From positions 3,704-67,703 of the forward strand of contig NZ_DASWYK010000243.1 in the NCBI RefSeq assembly GCF_036405015.1: a stretch of 64,000 nucleotides of DNA, read 5' to 3'. The position numbers and the translations under genes are program-made. The DNA is from Flavobacterium sp. GTDB taxonomy: Bacteria; Bacteroidota; Bacteroidia; Flavobacteriales; Flavobacteriaceae. Below are positions 9,392 to 19,152 of the stretch, piece by piece (the stretch's first letter is position 1; the number at the start of each line of letters is the position of its first letter). Below the pieces are notes generated by a model, which was not told the DNA's origin, ran no database searches, and saw nothing but the letters and a program-made list of their open reading frames with translations.

Positions 9392-10141
9392 TTATTCCTG
9401 ACTGTTAAACTGATCAAAGGTCATCTTCTTTTTGAAGTAAGCTTTGTCTTTTGCAGATAGTAATTTCTTACTCCATTGGTTGCCTTTCAATTCAAAAGAA
9501 ATTGAATCAGAATGTGTTAGGATTCCCATGTCCATGTTTTCATCTTCATCTGCTGGTACAAATGCAACAGTTTTGCAATAAAAAGATTTTGGATCTGAAC
9601 TCTTGGATGGATTTGCGATTTCTACCCAACTTCCCCAACCACTGTCGGACATTGTATTCCATTGATGAACAAGTTGTAAGCTATTATTTTTTAAGTAATA
9701 TAAGTAGTTGTCATGTGTATAACCACAAGCAGGATATCCTACAGAAATATGTATGAAAGGCGAATTTTTAGAAGTTTCAGATGTCAATCCATAAGAAGCC
9801 ATCCAGTCTGATCCTTTTTCAAAACCTTTGATTGTAACTTTTGAAGATCCTGTTTTGTTTTTATTCTGATAGAAATCCAATCTATATTTTACGGTTACCA
9901 CGCTGTCTTTGTCAGCTTGTTGTTCTACTAAATTGGCTAGAATGTAATCTTTTGAAGATTCTTCGCCATTAACATAAATTGCAACGGTATCGGTTTTAAT
10001 GATTTTTTCGTCAGCTGAATTGTCAACGGCTTCCATTGGAATTTCCTGAACAACGGGTAATGCTGCGATTTCAGAATCTGTGTTTTTTGTTTTTTGGCAT
10101 CCGATTAGTAGGATTGAGAAGAGGAGGGCTTGTATTTTCAT
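9392..10141 (-). CDS. Hypothetical lipoprotein
   Basis: MKIQALLFSILLIGC lipobox; 4 nt downstream of TNT-like gene. Confidence 0.8.
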   Translation of the reverse strand: MKIQALLFSILLIGCQKTKNTDSEIAALPVVQEIPMEAVDNSADEKIIKTDTVAIYVNGEESSKDYILANLVEQQADKDSVVTVKYRLDFYQNKNKTGSSKVTIKGFEKGSDWMASYGLTSETSKNSPFIHISVGYPACGYTHDNYLYYLKNNSLQLVHQWNTMSDSGWGSWVEIANPSKSSDPKSFYCKTVAFVPADEDENMDMGILTHSDSISFELKGNQWSKKLLSAKDKAYFKKKMTFDQFNSQE

Positions 10142-10145
10142 GGTA

Positions 10146-10832
10146 TTATTGTTCTAATAGTAAAACTAAAAGTTTTTTCTTTTGATAAAGTTCTGCCAGT
10201 GATATTTTTTCGCCTTCGAAATAAAAAAGTTGGTCTTCAAATTTTACTTCATTAGGATCAATAAGAAAACAGTAGTTATCACGATCGTTTAGAACACTCA
10301 AATTATCAAAATTCAATTCGATTACTTCAACATATTTGATAATGTTTAGCTTATGTGCTTCTTCTAAAGTAACAGGCGTGCTTTCATCATATCTAAAAAA
10401 GAATTTTTCACCACCGCCAGGCATTCCAAACCAAGGCATTGCTTTTCCTGAAACCAGGTTGATGTATTCGGGAGCTTCATTAATCACAAATAAACGTTGG
10501 TTCATTGTTTGAAAGAATTCAGGAAGAGATTTGTTCTCAAAAGCTTCTTTTTCTCTCCAGAAATAAATTCCCTGATTTTGCCAAGACGGATTCTGAAAAT
10601 CTTTTTCGGTCTCAGAATCAGAATAATGCATATACAATTCTCTTGGCATAAAAGTCAAGATAGAATCATTTATAAGCCAGTCAATTTTATTGGGTTCAAA
10701 CTGGTTTTCTTCAGATGGTGCGTTTTCTTCAGGTTGTGGTTCTTCTGTAAATTGAGTTGTTTCAAAAGAAGGCTCTTCTTTGATTGTTTTAAGATCTTTT
10801 TCCTTGCCGAATAATTTTTTAAATAAATTCAT
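10146..10832 (-). CDS. TNT (NAD glycohydrolase toxin)-related domain protein, apparently degenerate
   Basis: GIYF...FENKSLP...GKAMPWFGMPGGGEKF resembles the TNT G-x-x-APWFGQPGGG-x-QY signature; likely start MNLFKKLFGK. Confidence 0.65.
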   Translation of the reverse strand: MNLFKKLFGKEKDLKTIKEEPSFETTQFTEEPQPEENAPSEENQFEPNKIDWLINDSILTFMPRELYMHYSDSETEKDFQNPSWQNQGIYFWREKEAFENKSLPEFFQTMNQRLFVINEAPEYINLVSGKAMPWFGMPGGGEKFFFRYDESTPVTLEEAHKLNIIKYVEVIELNFDNLSVLNDRDNYCFLIDPNEVKFEDQLFYFEGEKISLAELYQKKKLLVLLLEQ

Positions 10833-10856
10833 GTTTTGAGCTTTTATCAAATGAAA

Positions 10857-12296
10857 TTAAAAGAACCAAGTTGCCACAAATATTGCTGTAATAACGCAGA
10901 TTAAATCTACTAAAAGCATTGTGCCTAAAGCATATCTTGTATTTTTGATGTTTACTGAACCAAAATATACCGCAATTACGTAAAACGTGCTTTCTGCACT
11001 ACATTGGAAAATACTGCTTAATCTGGCAGTTAAAGAATCGGCACCAAATGTATTCATCGAATCAATTAAGAAACCTCTAGATCCGGCAGAACTAAAAGGA
11101 CGAAGCATTGCAACAGGAAGTGCATTGGTGATTTCTTTGCTTACGCCCAAATTCGCAAATACAAATCCGATTCCGTCGCTAATGATTTCAAATAAACCGC
11201 TGTTTCTGAATAGTGAAATCGCTACTAACATTCCTAAAACGTACGGGAAAATAGTAACTCCGGTTTTAACTCCATTATTTGCTCCAACTACAAAAGTGTC
11301 GAAAACAGTGGTATTTGCATCTTTAAACTTTTGCTCATGTCTAAAAGAAAAAATCAGCGTAAAAGCAATAATCGCCAACAAGATTAATCCAGAAAGGTTT
11401 GATGTAAAATAGTTTTTTCCAATTAAATCCAAATGATTTACATACATCAGCAAACCAACAATAGCAGCAATTAATCCCATTAAACCAATTAGAAGTGAAG
11501 CACTTTTAAAATTGATTTTTTGTTTGATTCCGACAATTAAGAAAGCAGCAATAGTCCCGATAAATGAAGTAATAATACACGGAAGCATAACATCGGCTGG
11601 ATTACTAGCATTTGCAGCAGCACGATAGCCAATAATCGAAGTTGCAATCAAAGTCAAACCAGAAGCGTGAAGACACATAAACATGATTTGTGCATCGCTG
11701 GCTTTGTCTTTGTCAGGGTTTATTTCTTGTAAACTTTCCATGGCTTTCAATCCAAAAGGTGTTGCAGCCGAATCCAATCCTAAGAAATTGGCAGCAAAGT
11801 TCAAGGTCATGTACGATATTGAAGGGTGGTTTTTAGGAATACTTGGAAACACTTTTACAAATACTGGACTTAATCCTTTTGCCAATTTTCCAGAAGCTCC
11901 AGAAATGATTAGAAGTTCCATTAAACCACAGAAAAAGGCCAAGTAAGCAATAAGAGGCAGAATTAAATCGACTAAAGTGCTTTTACAAGTTGGCAATAAA
12001 CCGTCAGATTTTTGAAGTCCGCTGTAGATTTTTACCGTTTTGTTTTTAAAAACGTAAGTCGTGTCGGCATTCAACGTATCACGATTGATAATCATGGTTT
12101 GATCTGGCGCTTTTTTAATGCTGTCTTTGATGAAAGCAGGAAGTTCTTCAATGTATTTTTCAGAAACTAAAATCGGATCATCTTTCTTCCCATTTAAAAC
12201 AGAATCAATGGTATAAGTATTGGCAGTAAATAAACTGACTACAATAAAAAGAATCGAAGAAATAAAAATAACTAACCAAAATCTGCTCAATACCAT
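10857..12296 (-). CDS. Nucleoside-recognition (Gate) domain membrane protein, SpmA/SpmB fusion type
   Basis: NFAANFLGLDSAATPFGLKAM, LRPFSSAGSRG, AESTFYVIAVYFGSV. Confidence 0.9.
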   Translation of the reverse strand: MVLSRFWLVIFISSILFIVVSLFTANTYTIDSVLNGKKDDPILVSEKYIEELPAFIKDSIKKAPDQTMIINRDTLNADTTYVFKNKTVKIYSGLQKSDGLLPTCKSTLVDLILPLIAYLAFFCGLMELLIISGASGKLAKGLSPVFVKVFPSIPKNHPSISYMTLNFAANFLGLDSAATPFGLKAMESLQEINPDKDKASDAQIMFMCLHASGLTLIATSIIGYRAAANASNPADVMLPCIITSFIGTIAAFLIVGIKQKINFKSASLLIGLMGLIAAIVGLLMYVNHLDLIGKNYFTSNLSGLILLAIIAFTLIFSFRHEQKFKDANTTVFDTFVVGANNGVKTGVTIFPYVLGMLVAISLFRNSGLFEIISDGIGFVFANLGVSKEITNALPVAMLRPFSSAGSRGFLIDSMNTFGADSLTARLSSIFQCSAESTFYVIAVYFGSVNIKNTRYALGTMLLVDLICVITAIFVATWFF

Positions 12297-12417
12297 AATT
12301 ACATTTTTTTGTAAATGTAATTATTTAGCGATAAAATGCATAAATATTTTGTTTCTGATGAATAATTTGATGGGCTGTGATTTTGAAATATTTATAAAAC
12401 GGTTTAAAAATTCAATT

Positions 12418-13491
12418 TTATTCAATGACAATTTTGGTTTCCATATAATGCTCAAAAGCTTTAATTCCTTCAAACAAAATCTCTTTTCTAGAATTTTCGG
12501 TTTCATTAAAAAATTCCGTTTCTATCTTGACATGATCTTTTTTAATGGTTCTTTTCCAAATTCCAATCACTTTTCCGTTTTCTAAAATAATGGGTTTAAA
12601 AATGCCATTATTGGTAAAAACTTTAGATTGATGTTCTGTATTGAAAGACGCTTCACGTGTTTTATACGAAATTAAAATCTCATCAAACGCAGGAAGAAAA
12701 TGTACGCTTTCGCGAAAGTCATTCTCTTTAGTGTCCTCTTTTTTAAACCAATATAGCTGATTATCAATAGAGATAGAGTTTAATTGCAACTCTATTGCGT
12801 TAATTGCATTCTTGCAGATTGTTGGCGCAAAACCAGACCACCAAGAGAAATCAAGCAACGTTGCGGGACCATGACTTTCAAAATAACGTTGTGCAAGTTT
12901 TGCCAGCGCTTCCTCTTTGCTTAATTTGAATTTTGGTTTAGAAACCCTTTCTTCGAGCAAAGCATACGTAATTTGTTTGCCTTTCATTCTTCCGTTGCAG
13001 ACTAAGCCATCCAATTCGGCATTCATCATAATGGCAGCACTTAGAAAATCTTCCTTTGAGGTTTTTTTGATATTAAGTTCCTGCATGATTTCATCGCGAG
13101 TCAAATGATTGTTTCCTGCCAGTAACTTTTCTATAGAAGAATTGACCTGATTTAGCTTTTTCTCATCATAACCAAATTTTTTTGCTGCAGAATTGGTGAA
13201 ACGTTTTACCTGCGGAGCAGAAAGCTCAAGCATCCAATAAATGTCATCTGAAGCAACAAAATGCCAAGTTGGACGCAAAATATGGGTTCGAATAATCTTA
13301 GCCGAATTTACAGCTTCTTCAATCTCTTTTTCTGATGAATCGCAACGAGAACCAATCGCCCATTTTGCCATCGCATAATCCTGCGCCTGCATCGCACCAA
13401 AATGTTTTACCACTTCTTGTGGCGTACAAGTGCTCGTTTTATACAAATTTTGAGCAACCAAACGATGATGTGAAATTTCCTCGTGCGTCAT
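12418..13491 (-). CDS. AlkZ/YcaQ-family (HTH_42) DNA glycosylase
   Basis: AMQAQDY (QxQ), RTHILRPTWH, FLPAFDE; probable start MTHEE at 13491. Confidence 0.85.
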   Translation of the reverse strand: MTHEEISHHRLVAQNLYKTSTCTPQEVVKHFGAMQAQDYAMAKWAIGSRCDSSEKEIEEAVNSAKIIRTHILRPTWHFVASDDIYWMLELSAPQVKRFTNSAAKKFGYDEKKLNQVNSSIEKLLAGNNHLTRDEIMQELNIKKTSKEDFLSAAIMMNAELDGLVCNGRMKGKQITYALLEERVSKPKFKLSKEEALAKLAQRYFESHGPATLLDFSWWSGFAPTICKNAINAIELQLNSISIDNQLYWFKKEDTKENDFRESVHFLPAFDEILISYKTREASFNTEHQSKVFTNNGIFKPIILENGKVIGIWKRTIKKDHVKIETEFFNETENSRKEILFEGIKAFEHYMETKIVIE

Positions 13492-13497
13492 TTTTTT

Positions 13498-13577
13498 AAC
13501 CATATAAGTGATATAAGTTAATTTTAGATTGCTATTGCAAAACCTTTGTAGCTATGAACCTTTGCAACTTTGAACCT
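13498..13577. repeat. Chimeric repeat site: 9-nt-period left arm plus 8-nt-period right arm
   Basis: aaccatataagtgatataagt (13498-13518, identical to 15039-15059) and ctttgtag ctatgaac ctttgcaa ctttgaac (13544-13575). Confidence 0.8.
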
Positions 13578-13583
13578 TAAGAT

Positions 13584-14297
13584 CTAAACATGAATAATCT
13601 CCTCCTCAATCAATAAATCTTCTCTTCTTAAACGAAGAAAAACCTGAGCTACGGCAATTGTATCTTTTTCGCAGTAAGTTATGATTCGGTCAATGTCTTT
13701 TTCAACATAAAAAACATGCGCTACCTGACTTCCATCAATATCGCCTTTTGGCGATGGGACACCGAGAATCTTGGTTAATAGCTTTAAAGAAGTAAAATGT
13801 TTATAATCGCCGAACTTCCATAATTCTAAAGTATCCAGATGTGGAATTTCCCAAGGTTTTTTGCCAAAGAGGTTTAATTTGTCTGGAATGGGCATTTGAT
13901 TAATAATCATTCTTCTGGCAATAAACGGAATATCAAACTCTTTTGAGTTATGTCCGCACAACAAATGCTGTGGTTGATTGAAATGATTGTTGATCAGATT
14001 AGAAAAATCTTTTAGGATTTTCTTTTCTTCACCAAAAAAGGAAGTCACTCTAAAGTTTCTAACATCTCCTTTGATGGTGAAAAAGCCAACAGAAATACAG
14101 ATTATCTTTCCGAACTCAGCCCAAATTCCGGCGCGTTCGTAAAATTCTTCAGGTGAGAACTCGTCCTTTCGTTGATATTGTGTTTTCAAATCCCAAAGTG
14201 ATTGCATTTCTGCATCAAGCGAATTGAAATTCTCTTCTTCAGGAACAGTTTCTATATCAAGAAAGAGAATGTTATTGAGGTTTATTTTTTCAATCAT
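13584..14297 (-). CDS. DnaQ/PolB-type 3'-5' exonuclease
   Basis: FLDIET (ExoI), GHNSKEFDIPF (ExoII), YCEKD (ExoIII); probable start MIEK. Confidence 0.9.
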   Translation of the reverse strand: MIEKINLNNILFLDIETVPEEENFNSLDAEMQSLWDLKTQYQRKDEFSPEEFYERAGIWAEFGKIICISVGFFTIKGDVRNFRVTSFFGEEKKILKDFSNLINNHFNQPQHLLCGHNSKEFDIPFIARRMIINQMPIPDKLNLFGKKPWEIPHLDTLELWKFGDYKHFTSLKLLTKILGVPSPKGDIDGSQVAHVFYVEKDIDRIITYCEKDTIAVAQVFLRLRREDLLIEEEIIHV

Positions 14298-14314
14298 AAT
14301 TTTGTTATGGGTTT

Positions 14315-14504
14315 GCCACGAATTCACGAATTGAACAAATTCTTAATTTGATATAAATGTACACAAATTTGATTTTATTATTTTTTGAAAATTAAAATAG
14401 AGTGAATTTTCTTATATTTAAAATATTGAAGAAATAATTGATTGTATTTTAGTTAAAGAAAATTCGTGAATTGCTACGCCAGTCGCTATCGCTCGAGTCG
14501 TGGC
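14315..14504. repeat. GCCACGAATT-family inverted repeat pair, right arm interrupted by a 26-nt insert
   Basis: Left gccacgaattcacgaatt (14315-14332, identical copy at 27498-27515); right aattcgtgaatt[insert]cgtggc. Confidence 0.85.
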
Positions 14505-14511
14505 GAAAAAA

Positions 14512-14988
14512 CTAAAACAAACTTTGCTGTTGAGATGGAGATTCGTGTTCCAAAAGCCATTTTTTGCGCGACAATCCGCCAGCATATCCTGTTAAAGATC
14601 CATTCGTGCCGATAACACGATGACACGGAACAACAATCCAAAGCGGGTTTTTTCCATTTGCAGATGCTACGGCGCGAATCGCTTTTACATCACCCAGTTT
14701 TTTGGTCTGATCCATGTAACTTACCGTTTTTCCATATGGAATCTCTAATAATGCTTTCCAGACTTTCTGCTGAAATTCGGTGCCTTTTGGATTTAGTTTT
14801 AAATCAAAATTGGTTCTTTTGCCTTCAAAATATTCATTTAACTGTAAAACGGCTTCCTTCAAAACTTCTGGAATTTCATCGGAAACTTCATTTGTTCCAA
14901 CATCAGAAACAGAAATTACGGAAATACCATTTTCATCTCCAATTATTTTGGTGATTCCTAAAGGCGAATTGATGAAGACTGTTTCCAT
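14512..14988 (-). CDS. ogt: Methylated-DNA-protein-cysteine methyltransferase
   Basis: IPYG, RAVASANGKNP, VPCHRV active site. Confidence 0.97.
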   Translation of the reverse strand: METVFINSPLGITKIIGDENGISVISVSDVGTNEVSDEIPEVLKEAVLQLNEYFEGKRTNFDLKLNPKGTEFQQKVWKALLEIPYGKTVSYMDQTKKLGDVKAIRAVASANGKNPLWIVVPCHRVIGTNGSLTGYAGGLSRKKWLLEHESPSQQQSLF

Positions 14989-15038
14989 ATTTTTTGAACC
15001 GTAAAGAGGTTAATAGCAAAGTTCGCGAATTTTTTTTG

Positions 15039-15110
15039 AACCATATAAGTGATATAAGTTCATTTAATTAATTCTTTAAAATTTAAATTACTTATATCAC
15101 TTATATGGTT
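15039..15110. repeat. Perfect 21-bp inverted repeat with AT-rich spacer
   Basis: aaccatataagtgatataagt / acttatatcacttatatggtt. Confidence 0.92.
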
Positions 15111-15124
15111 TAATAATATGTGGT

Positions 15125-15940
15125 TTAATAATTGTTCATTCTAAATTTATAATCTAAAACGGTTTCAATTTTTTCGCTAGAAATTACTTTTTTGATATTA
15201 GATTGCTGTGAACTGAATTTCGGTAACGGCAAATTCATTTCAATTGCTTTTTGAGTATAATAGTTTTCTCTTGTAGGATGAAAAGGCGCTACGGCATTAA
15301 GAACTTCATTCCATTTGGATTGATTGATGATGGCTTCAATGATTTCGATACAATCGTTTTGATGAATTAAATTTACAGGCGCGTCTGGATTTTCAATGTT
15401 TTCCTTTCCTGATAAAAATTTGATAGGATGACGATCTTCACCGATTAATCCGCCGAAACGTAGAATTGTCGTTTCGAAGTTTTTATTTTTTAGAAGAAGA
15501 TTTTCTGCCAACAGCAATTGTTTTCCGCTGTCTGTTTCGGGATTTGGAATGCTTTCTTCTGTGATTTTACTGTTATCATCGCCATAAACCGATGTTGAAC
15601 TTACAAAGAGCACTTTCTTGATTTTTGATTTTTCTATGAAAGGAATTAGATTTTCGATTTTTTCTACAAAAAGTTTCCTTTCAGAATCAGGATTTGCAGC
15701 TCGCAATTTTGGCGGAATGTCGATAATTAGAATTTCGCTTTGCGCTAAAAAATCAGCGATATTTTCAGAAATACTTTCGCTTTTAACGGTTATTAAAAAC
15801 GGATTTATTCCAACATTATCTAAAATAGAAAGTTTATGTTCAGAAGTTGTTGATCCATTTACTGAATTTCCATTTTCAATTAGCTTTTTTGCTAAAGGAA
15901 ATCCGAGCCAGCCACATCCTAATATGCTTATTTGTTTCAT
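15125..15940 (-). CDS. NAD(P)-dependent epimerase/atypical SDR (YeeZ-like)
   Basis: ILGCGWLG, FVSSTSVYG, LRFGGLIG. Confidence 0.9.
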   Translation of the reverse strand: MKQISILGCGWLGFPLAKKLIENGNSVNGSTTSEHKLSILDNVGINPFLITVKSESISENIADFLAQSEILIIDIPPKLRAANPDSERKLFVEKIENLIPFIEKSKIKKVLFVSSTSVYGDDNSKITEESIPNPETDSGKQLLLAENLLLKNKNFETTILRFGGLIGEDRHPIKFLSGKENIENPDAPVNLIHQNDCIEIIEAIINQSKWNEVLNAVAPFHPTRENYYTQKAIEMNLPLPKFSSQQSNIKKVISSEKIETVLDYKFRMNNY

Positions 15941-16037
15941 TTTTTTGTTTTGAGGTGCAAAGTAACAAAGGTACAGAGTTGCAAAGTTTTTTGAGCTATA
16001 AAGAAAAAGGCAGATTTAAAATCTGCCTTTGTTTATA

Positions 16038-18428
16038 TTATTCTGGTGTTACAACCGGTTTTATACTGTCTTTCGGAATCGCCAAACTGTCTTTAACGAC
16101 TACAGGTTCAATAGGTTTTATTGGTGCAACATATCTTTTTATTTTCTGCTGAATTAGAACGGCATCATTTAAAACAAAAGGAGTTGGCATCATCCAGTTT
16201 TCTCTTGGTTTGACACTTAATAGAGGATTTGTCATCAAATCGAACGAACTTTCGATTAAATCCATATCAAAAATAGACGATTTGTTGATGTAGAATTCCA
16301 TTTCCAGCGGTTCATTTCCGACAACATAATAGCACAAAATTTTGCTGTCTTCTCTTTGTAAACGATTTCCTTTTTCTCCCGAAGTCGTTACTCCGTTTGC
16401 TTTAAAGTTGTAAAACGTCATTTTTGGGTTGGCATAAATGTCGTAACGGTTTACTTTTCTGTTTGGCGTAATTTTGATTTTTAGATATCTATTGTTTCCA
16501 ATAACGCTGTCTCTTAAGAATTGAATTGTAGGTTTTGGAACATCAACAACAGGTGCAATTGAGCTGTAAGTGAATGTTGAATTGTATTTACTTGCCAACG
16601 GAAGCGAATTTAAACCAACTGCTTTCTGATTTTTCTCTCCTAAATAAGATTTTGTCCAGTCGTCAAGATTTTTATCGTAAGTCGCCCAGACTGCAGAATT
16701 GTTATCTGCATTGTAAATATACAGTAAGCTGTTTGATTTTGCTTTTCCATATTCATAACCCGAATTGTATCCGGCGTAGATGAAAAATGAAATAGAAGCC
16801 AGGAAGAAAACAACTGTCCAGATTCCTTTTTTGGCAAAATCTCCAAATATTGGCAGTAACAATCCGAACAATAAAACGGTTAGAATGGCACTTCCAAACA
16901 AAATTTTAAGACCTAAACCAATTGGAAACATTACGATAAATGGTGCAATGATAGCCAAAGCTGGAATACTGAAAATCAGATTTACTCCTAAACTGTAATG
17001 TTGTGTGAAAACGAATATTCCGAATAATAATATTCCGAAATAAACAGGAATAATTAAAAATCCTGCTCCCGTTAAACTGTTTGCTAAAAACCCATTGATG
17101 ATGATCCAAAGTAACAATGGCGCCACAAAATGGTTCATTGTGATTTTGGTATCAGAAAAATGATGGTAGAAAGCAAAACAAATTGCAATACTTAGAGTGA
17201 CAAAGGCGCCGATATAAGCGTGTCCGTTATAAGTAAAGCCGTTTAATAGGTCAGAATATTGAGGGTAAATTTCTAAAATAAGTTTCCATCCTAAAAAAGT
17301 TACTAATCCTGCAATAATTATAGAACCTAAAAGAGGTACAAATCCTCTAAATATTTCTCTAAAAGTGATAATTCGTTTAACTTTTCCGATGAAAATAAAT
17401 AAAGCCAATAATCCAAAAGCAATTAATGTCATTGGCATTACCCAAGTAAAAGGGTAATTAATGAATGAAAATGGAGCACTGAAATAAACATTATCTTCAG
17501 TAGATTCTGTTTGGTTTAAGTCAATGTTGGTTAGGTATTTTAATAAAGGCATCAAGTATGTACCTTGATGAGCTAAAGTGGTTTTGCTTAAGTGTTGTAC
17601 ATCATCTTGTTGTGTATGATAGTTGAAATGCCCATCAATAAAAGCAAAATTAAATCCTTGAATGTTTCCTTGCTCTCTAAAAACAGTCAAATCGGTATCA
17701 TTCGGAAGCATTTTATAAATGCTATACATCAAGGAATTGGAAACAGGGTGAGATGTTTTTGCTTCAGAAAATTCTTTTACAAGAGCTTCATTTCCTTTAG
17801 TGGTTTCCATTAACATGTAACTTTGACCAGAAGAGCCTCGTGCTTCAAAATTCAAAACCAAGCCAACGTCTTTTGCCCAAGGATGTTTATTTACAAACAG
17901 AGCGGCACCGTTTAGTCCTAATTCTTCTGCATCTGAAAAGAGTATGATTATATCATTTTTCTGAGGATGTTTAGAGTATAAAAAGGCGCGAACACCTTCT
18001 AAGATTGTTGCGACACCAGAAGCATCGTCGCTTGCCCCTTTTGAGAAAGAATGCGGAGCACTATCGTAATGAGAAAGAAGTAAAAGCGCTTTGGTATTGT
18101 TTGTTCCTTTAATTCGGGCTAAAATATTTTTAGACTTTACTAAAAGACCTTTATCGTTTAGAGTAAAACCTTCCTGAACGCTCGTTTCTAAACCGATTCT
18201 GTTTAATTCAAGTTTCAGATAATTGGCAACCAGTTCATGATTTGTAGATCCGACGTAATGTGGTTTCTGTGCAATAATTTCGACTTGGTTTAAAGCCCTT
18301 TCGGTTGAGAATTCTGCGAGTGCTTCGTCGTCTTTATTGATTCCTTGCGGCATCATTGTGGCGTATATAATGCCTAGCAAAGCTAAAACGCAGGCAATTG
18401 CGAGAATGGAGGTTTGGTTTTTTCTCAT
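16038..18428 (-). CDS. Membrane-bound M28 metallopeptidase
   Basis: SHYDS, GASDDASG, DAEELGLNGA, NFEARG, HFNYHT plus a multi-TM central region. Confidence 0.92.
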   Translation of the reverse strand: MRKNQTSILAIACVLALLGIIYATMMPQGINKDDEALAEFSTERALNQVEIIAQKPHYVGSTNHELVANYLKLELNRIGLETSVQEGFTLNDKGLLVKSKNILARIKGTNNTKALLLLSHYDSAPHSFSKGASDDASGVATILEGVRAFLYSKHPQKNDIIILFSDAEELGLNGAALFVNKHPWAKDVGLVLNFEARGSSGQSYMLMETTKGNEALVKEFSEAKTSHPVSNSLMYSIYKMLPNDTDLTVFREQGNIQGFNFAFIDGHFNYHTQQDDVQHLSKTTLAHQGTYLMPLLKYLTNIDLNQTESTEDNVYFSAPFSFINYPFTWVMPMTLIAFGLLALFIFIGKVKRIITFREIFRGFVPLLGSIIIAGLVTFLGWKLILEIYPQYSDLLNGFTYNGHAYIGAFVTLSIAICFAFYHHFSDTKITMNHFVAPLLLWIIINGFLANSLTGAGFLIIPVYFGILLFGIFVFTQHYSLGVNLIFSIPALAIIAPFIVMFPIGLGLKILFGSAILTVLLFGLLLPIFGDFAKKGIWTVVFFLASISFFIYAGYNSGYEYGKAKSNSLLYIYNADNNSAVWATYDKNLDDWTKSYLGEKNQKAVGLNSLPLASKYNSTFTYSSIAPVVDVPKPTIQFLRDSVIGNNRYLKIKITPNRKVNRYDIYANPKMTFYNFKANGVTTSGEKGNRLQREDSKILCYYVVGNEPLEMEFYINKSSIFDMDLIESSFDLMTNPLLSVKPRENWMMPTPFVLNDAVLIQQKIKRYVAPIKPIEPVVVKDSLAIPKDSIKPVVTPE

Positions 18429-18443
18429 GGTTAATAAAACTAT

Positions 18444-18791
18444 CTATATTTCTTTTTTAACAAGCATATAATAATCATTGTCCAAGGAACGGTAGCCTTG
18501 GTCATACAAGAAATAATATGTATTTCCTGTCTTAGTTTGTAAAATATTAGTAAAGAACTCAAAATCAAAGCCTTTGTTTAACATTTTCTCACGCGTTGCT
18601 TTCGATTTTCCCTCTGTATTTAACTCTGCCAAAATACGGTAATTTTTGCGTAACTTGTTGTTTATATTTCGCATGAAATTCGTACTATCTTTATTTATTT
18701 TGTTATTGTATGCATTTCGGCAACCATCCGAGCAAAATTTCTTGTCTTCACGACCAACAATTTTAATAGAACATTCGAGGCATGTTTTCAT
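18444..18791 (-). CDS. Zn-ribbon protein (DUF2116-like)
   Basis: CLEC...GREDKKFCSDGCR. Confidence 0.8.
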   Translation of the reverse strand: MKTCLECSIKIVGREDKKFCSDGCRNAYNNKINKDSTNFMRNINNKLRKNYRILAELNTEGKSKATREKMLNKGFDFEFFTNILQTKTGNTYYFLYDQGYRSLDNDYYMLVKKEI

Positions 18792-18806
18792 GTGATGCTA
18801 TTTAAT

Positions 18807-19133
18807 TTATTGAAAATCAGGTTTTTTATTAATTGTTTGATTGACCTCATAGATTAAAACTTCAACTTTTTCAATATTACAGTTAGTCAAAAGAATGTCT
18901 TTAAAACCATTTTCCATATTTATTCTCAGTTTATTAGATTTTGGAGGATAATGTAAACCAATCATAATTTCAATGATTTTATTGAAGAAAGATAAATCCC
19001 GAATTAGTTCTAAACTTTCAATGTCTTCTATCGCAATTGCTCTGCTATCTTTTTCATAATCAGTATTATTAATTGTTAAATGACCATCTTTTGTGTAAAT
19101 TTCAAATAAAGGATTTTTTCTAATGATGGCCAT
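18807..19133 (-). CDS. Hypothetical protein
   Basis: 108-aa ORF within a co-oriented gene run. Confidence 0.65.
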   Translation of the reverse strand: MAIIRKNPLFEIYTKDGHLTINNTDYEKDSRAIAIEDIESLELIRDLSFFNKIIEIMIGLHYPPKSNKLRINMENGFKDILLTNCNIEKVEVLIYEVNQTINKKPDFQ

Positions 19134-19152
19134 TTTAATAATTAAATATTTA

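Noticed and set aside
10857-12296. Sporulation function (SpmA/SpmB)
   Set aside because: The family is widespread in non-sporulating Bacteroidota; only a membrane Gate-domain role is supportable
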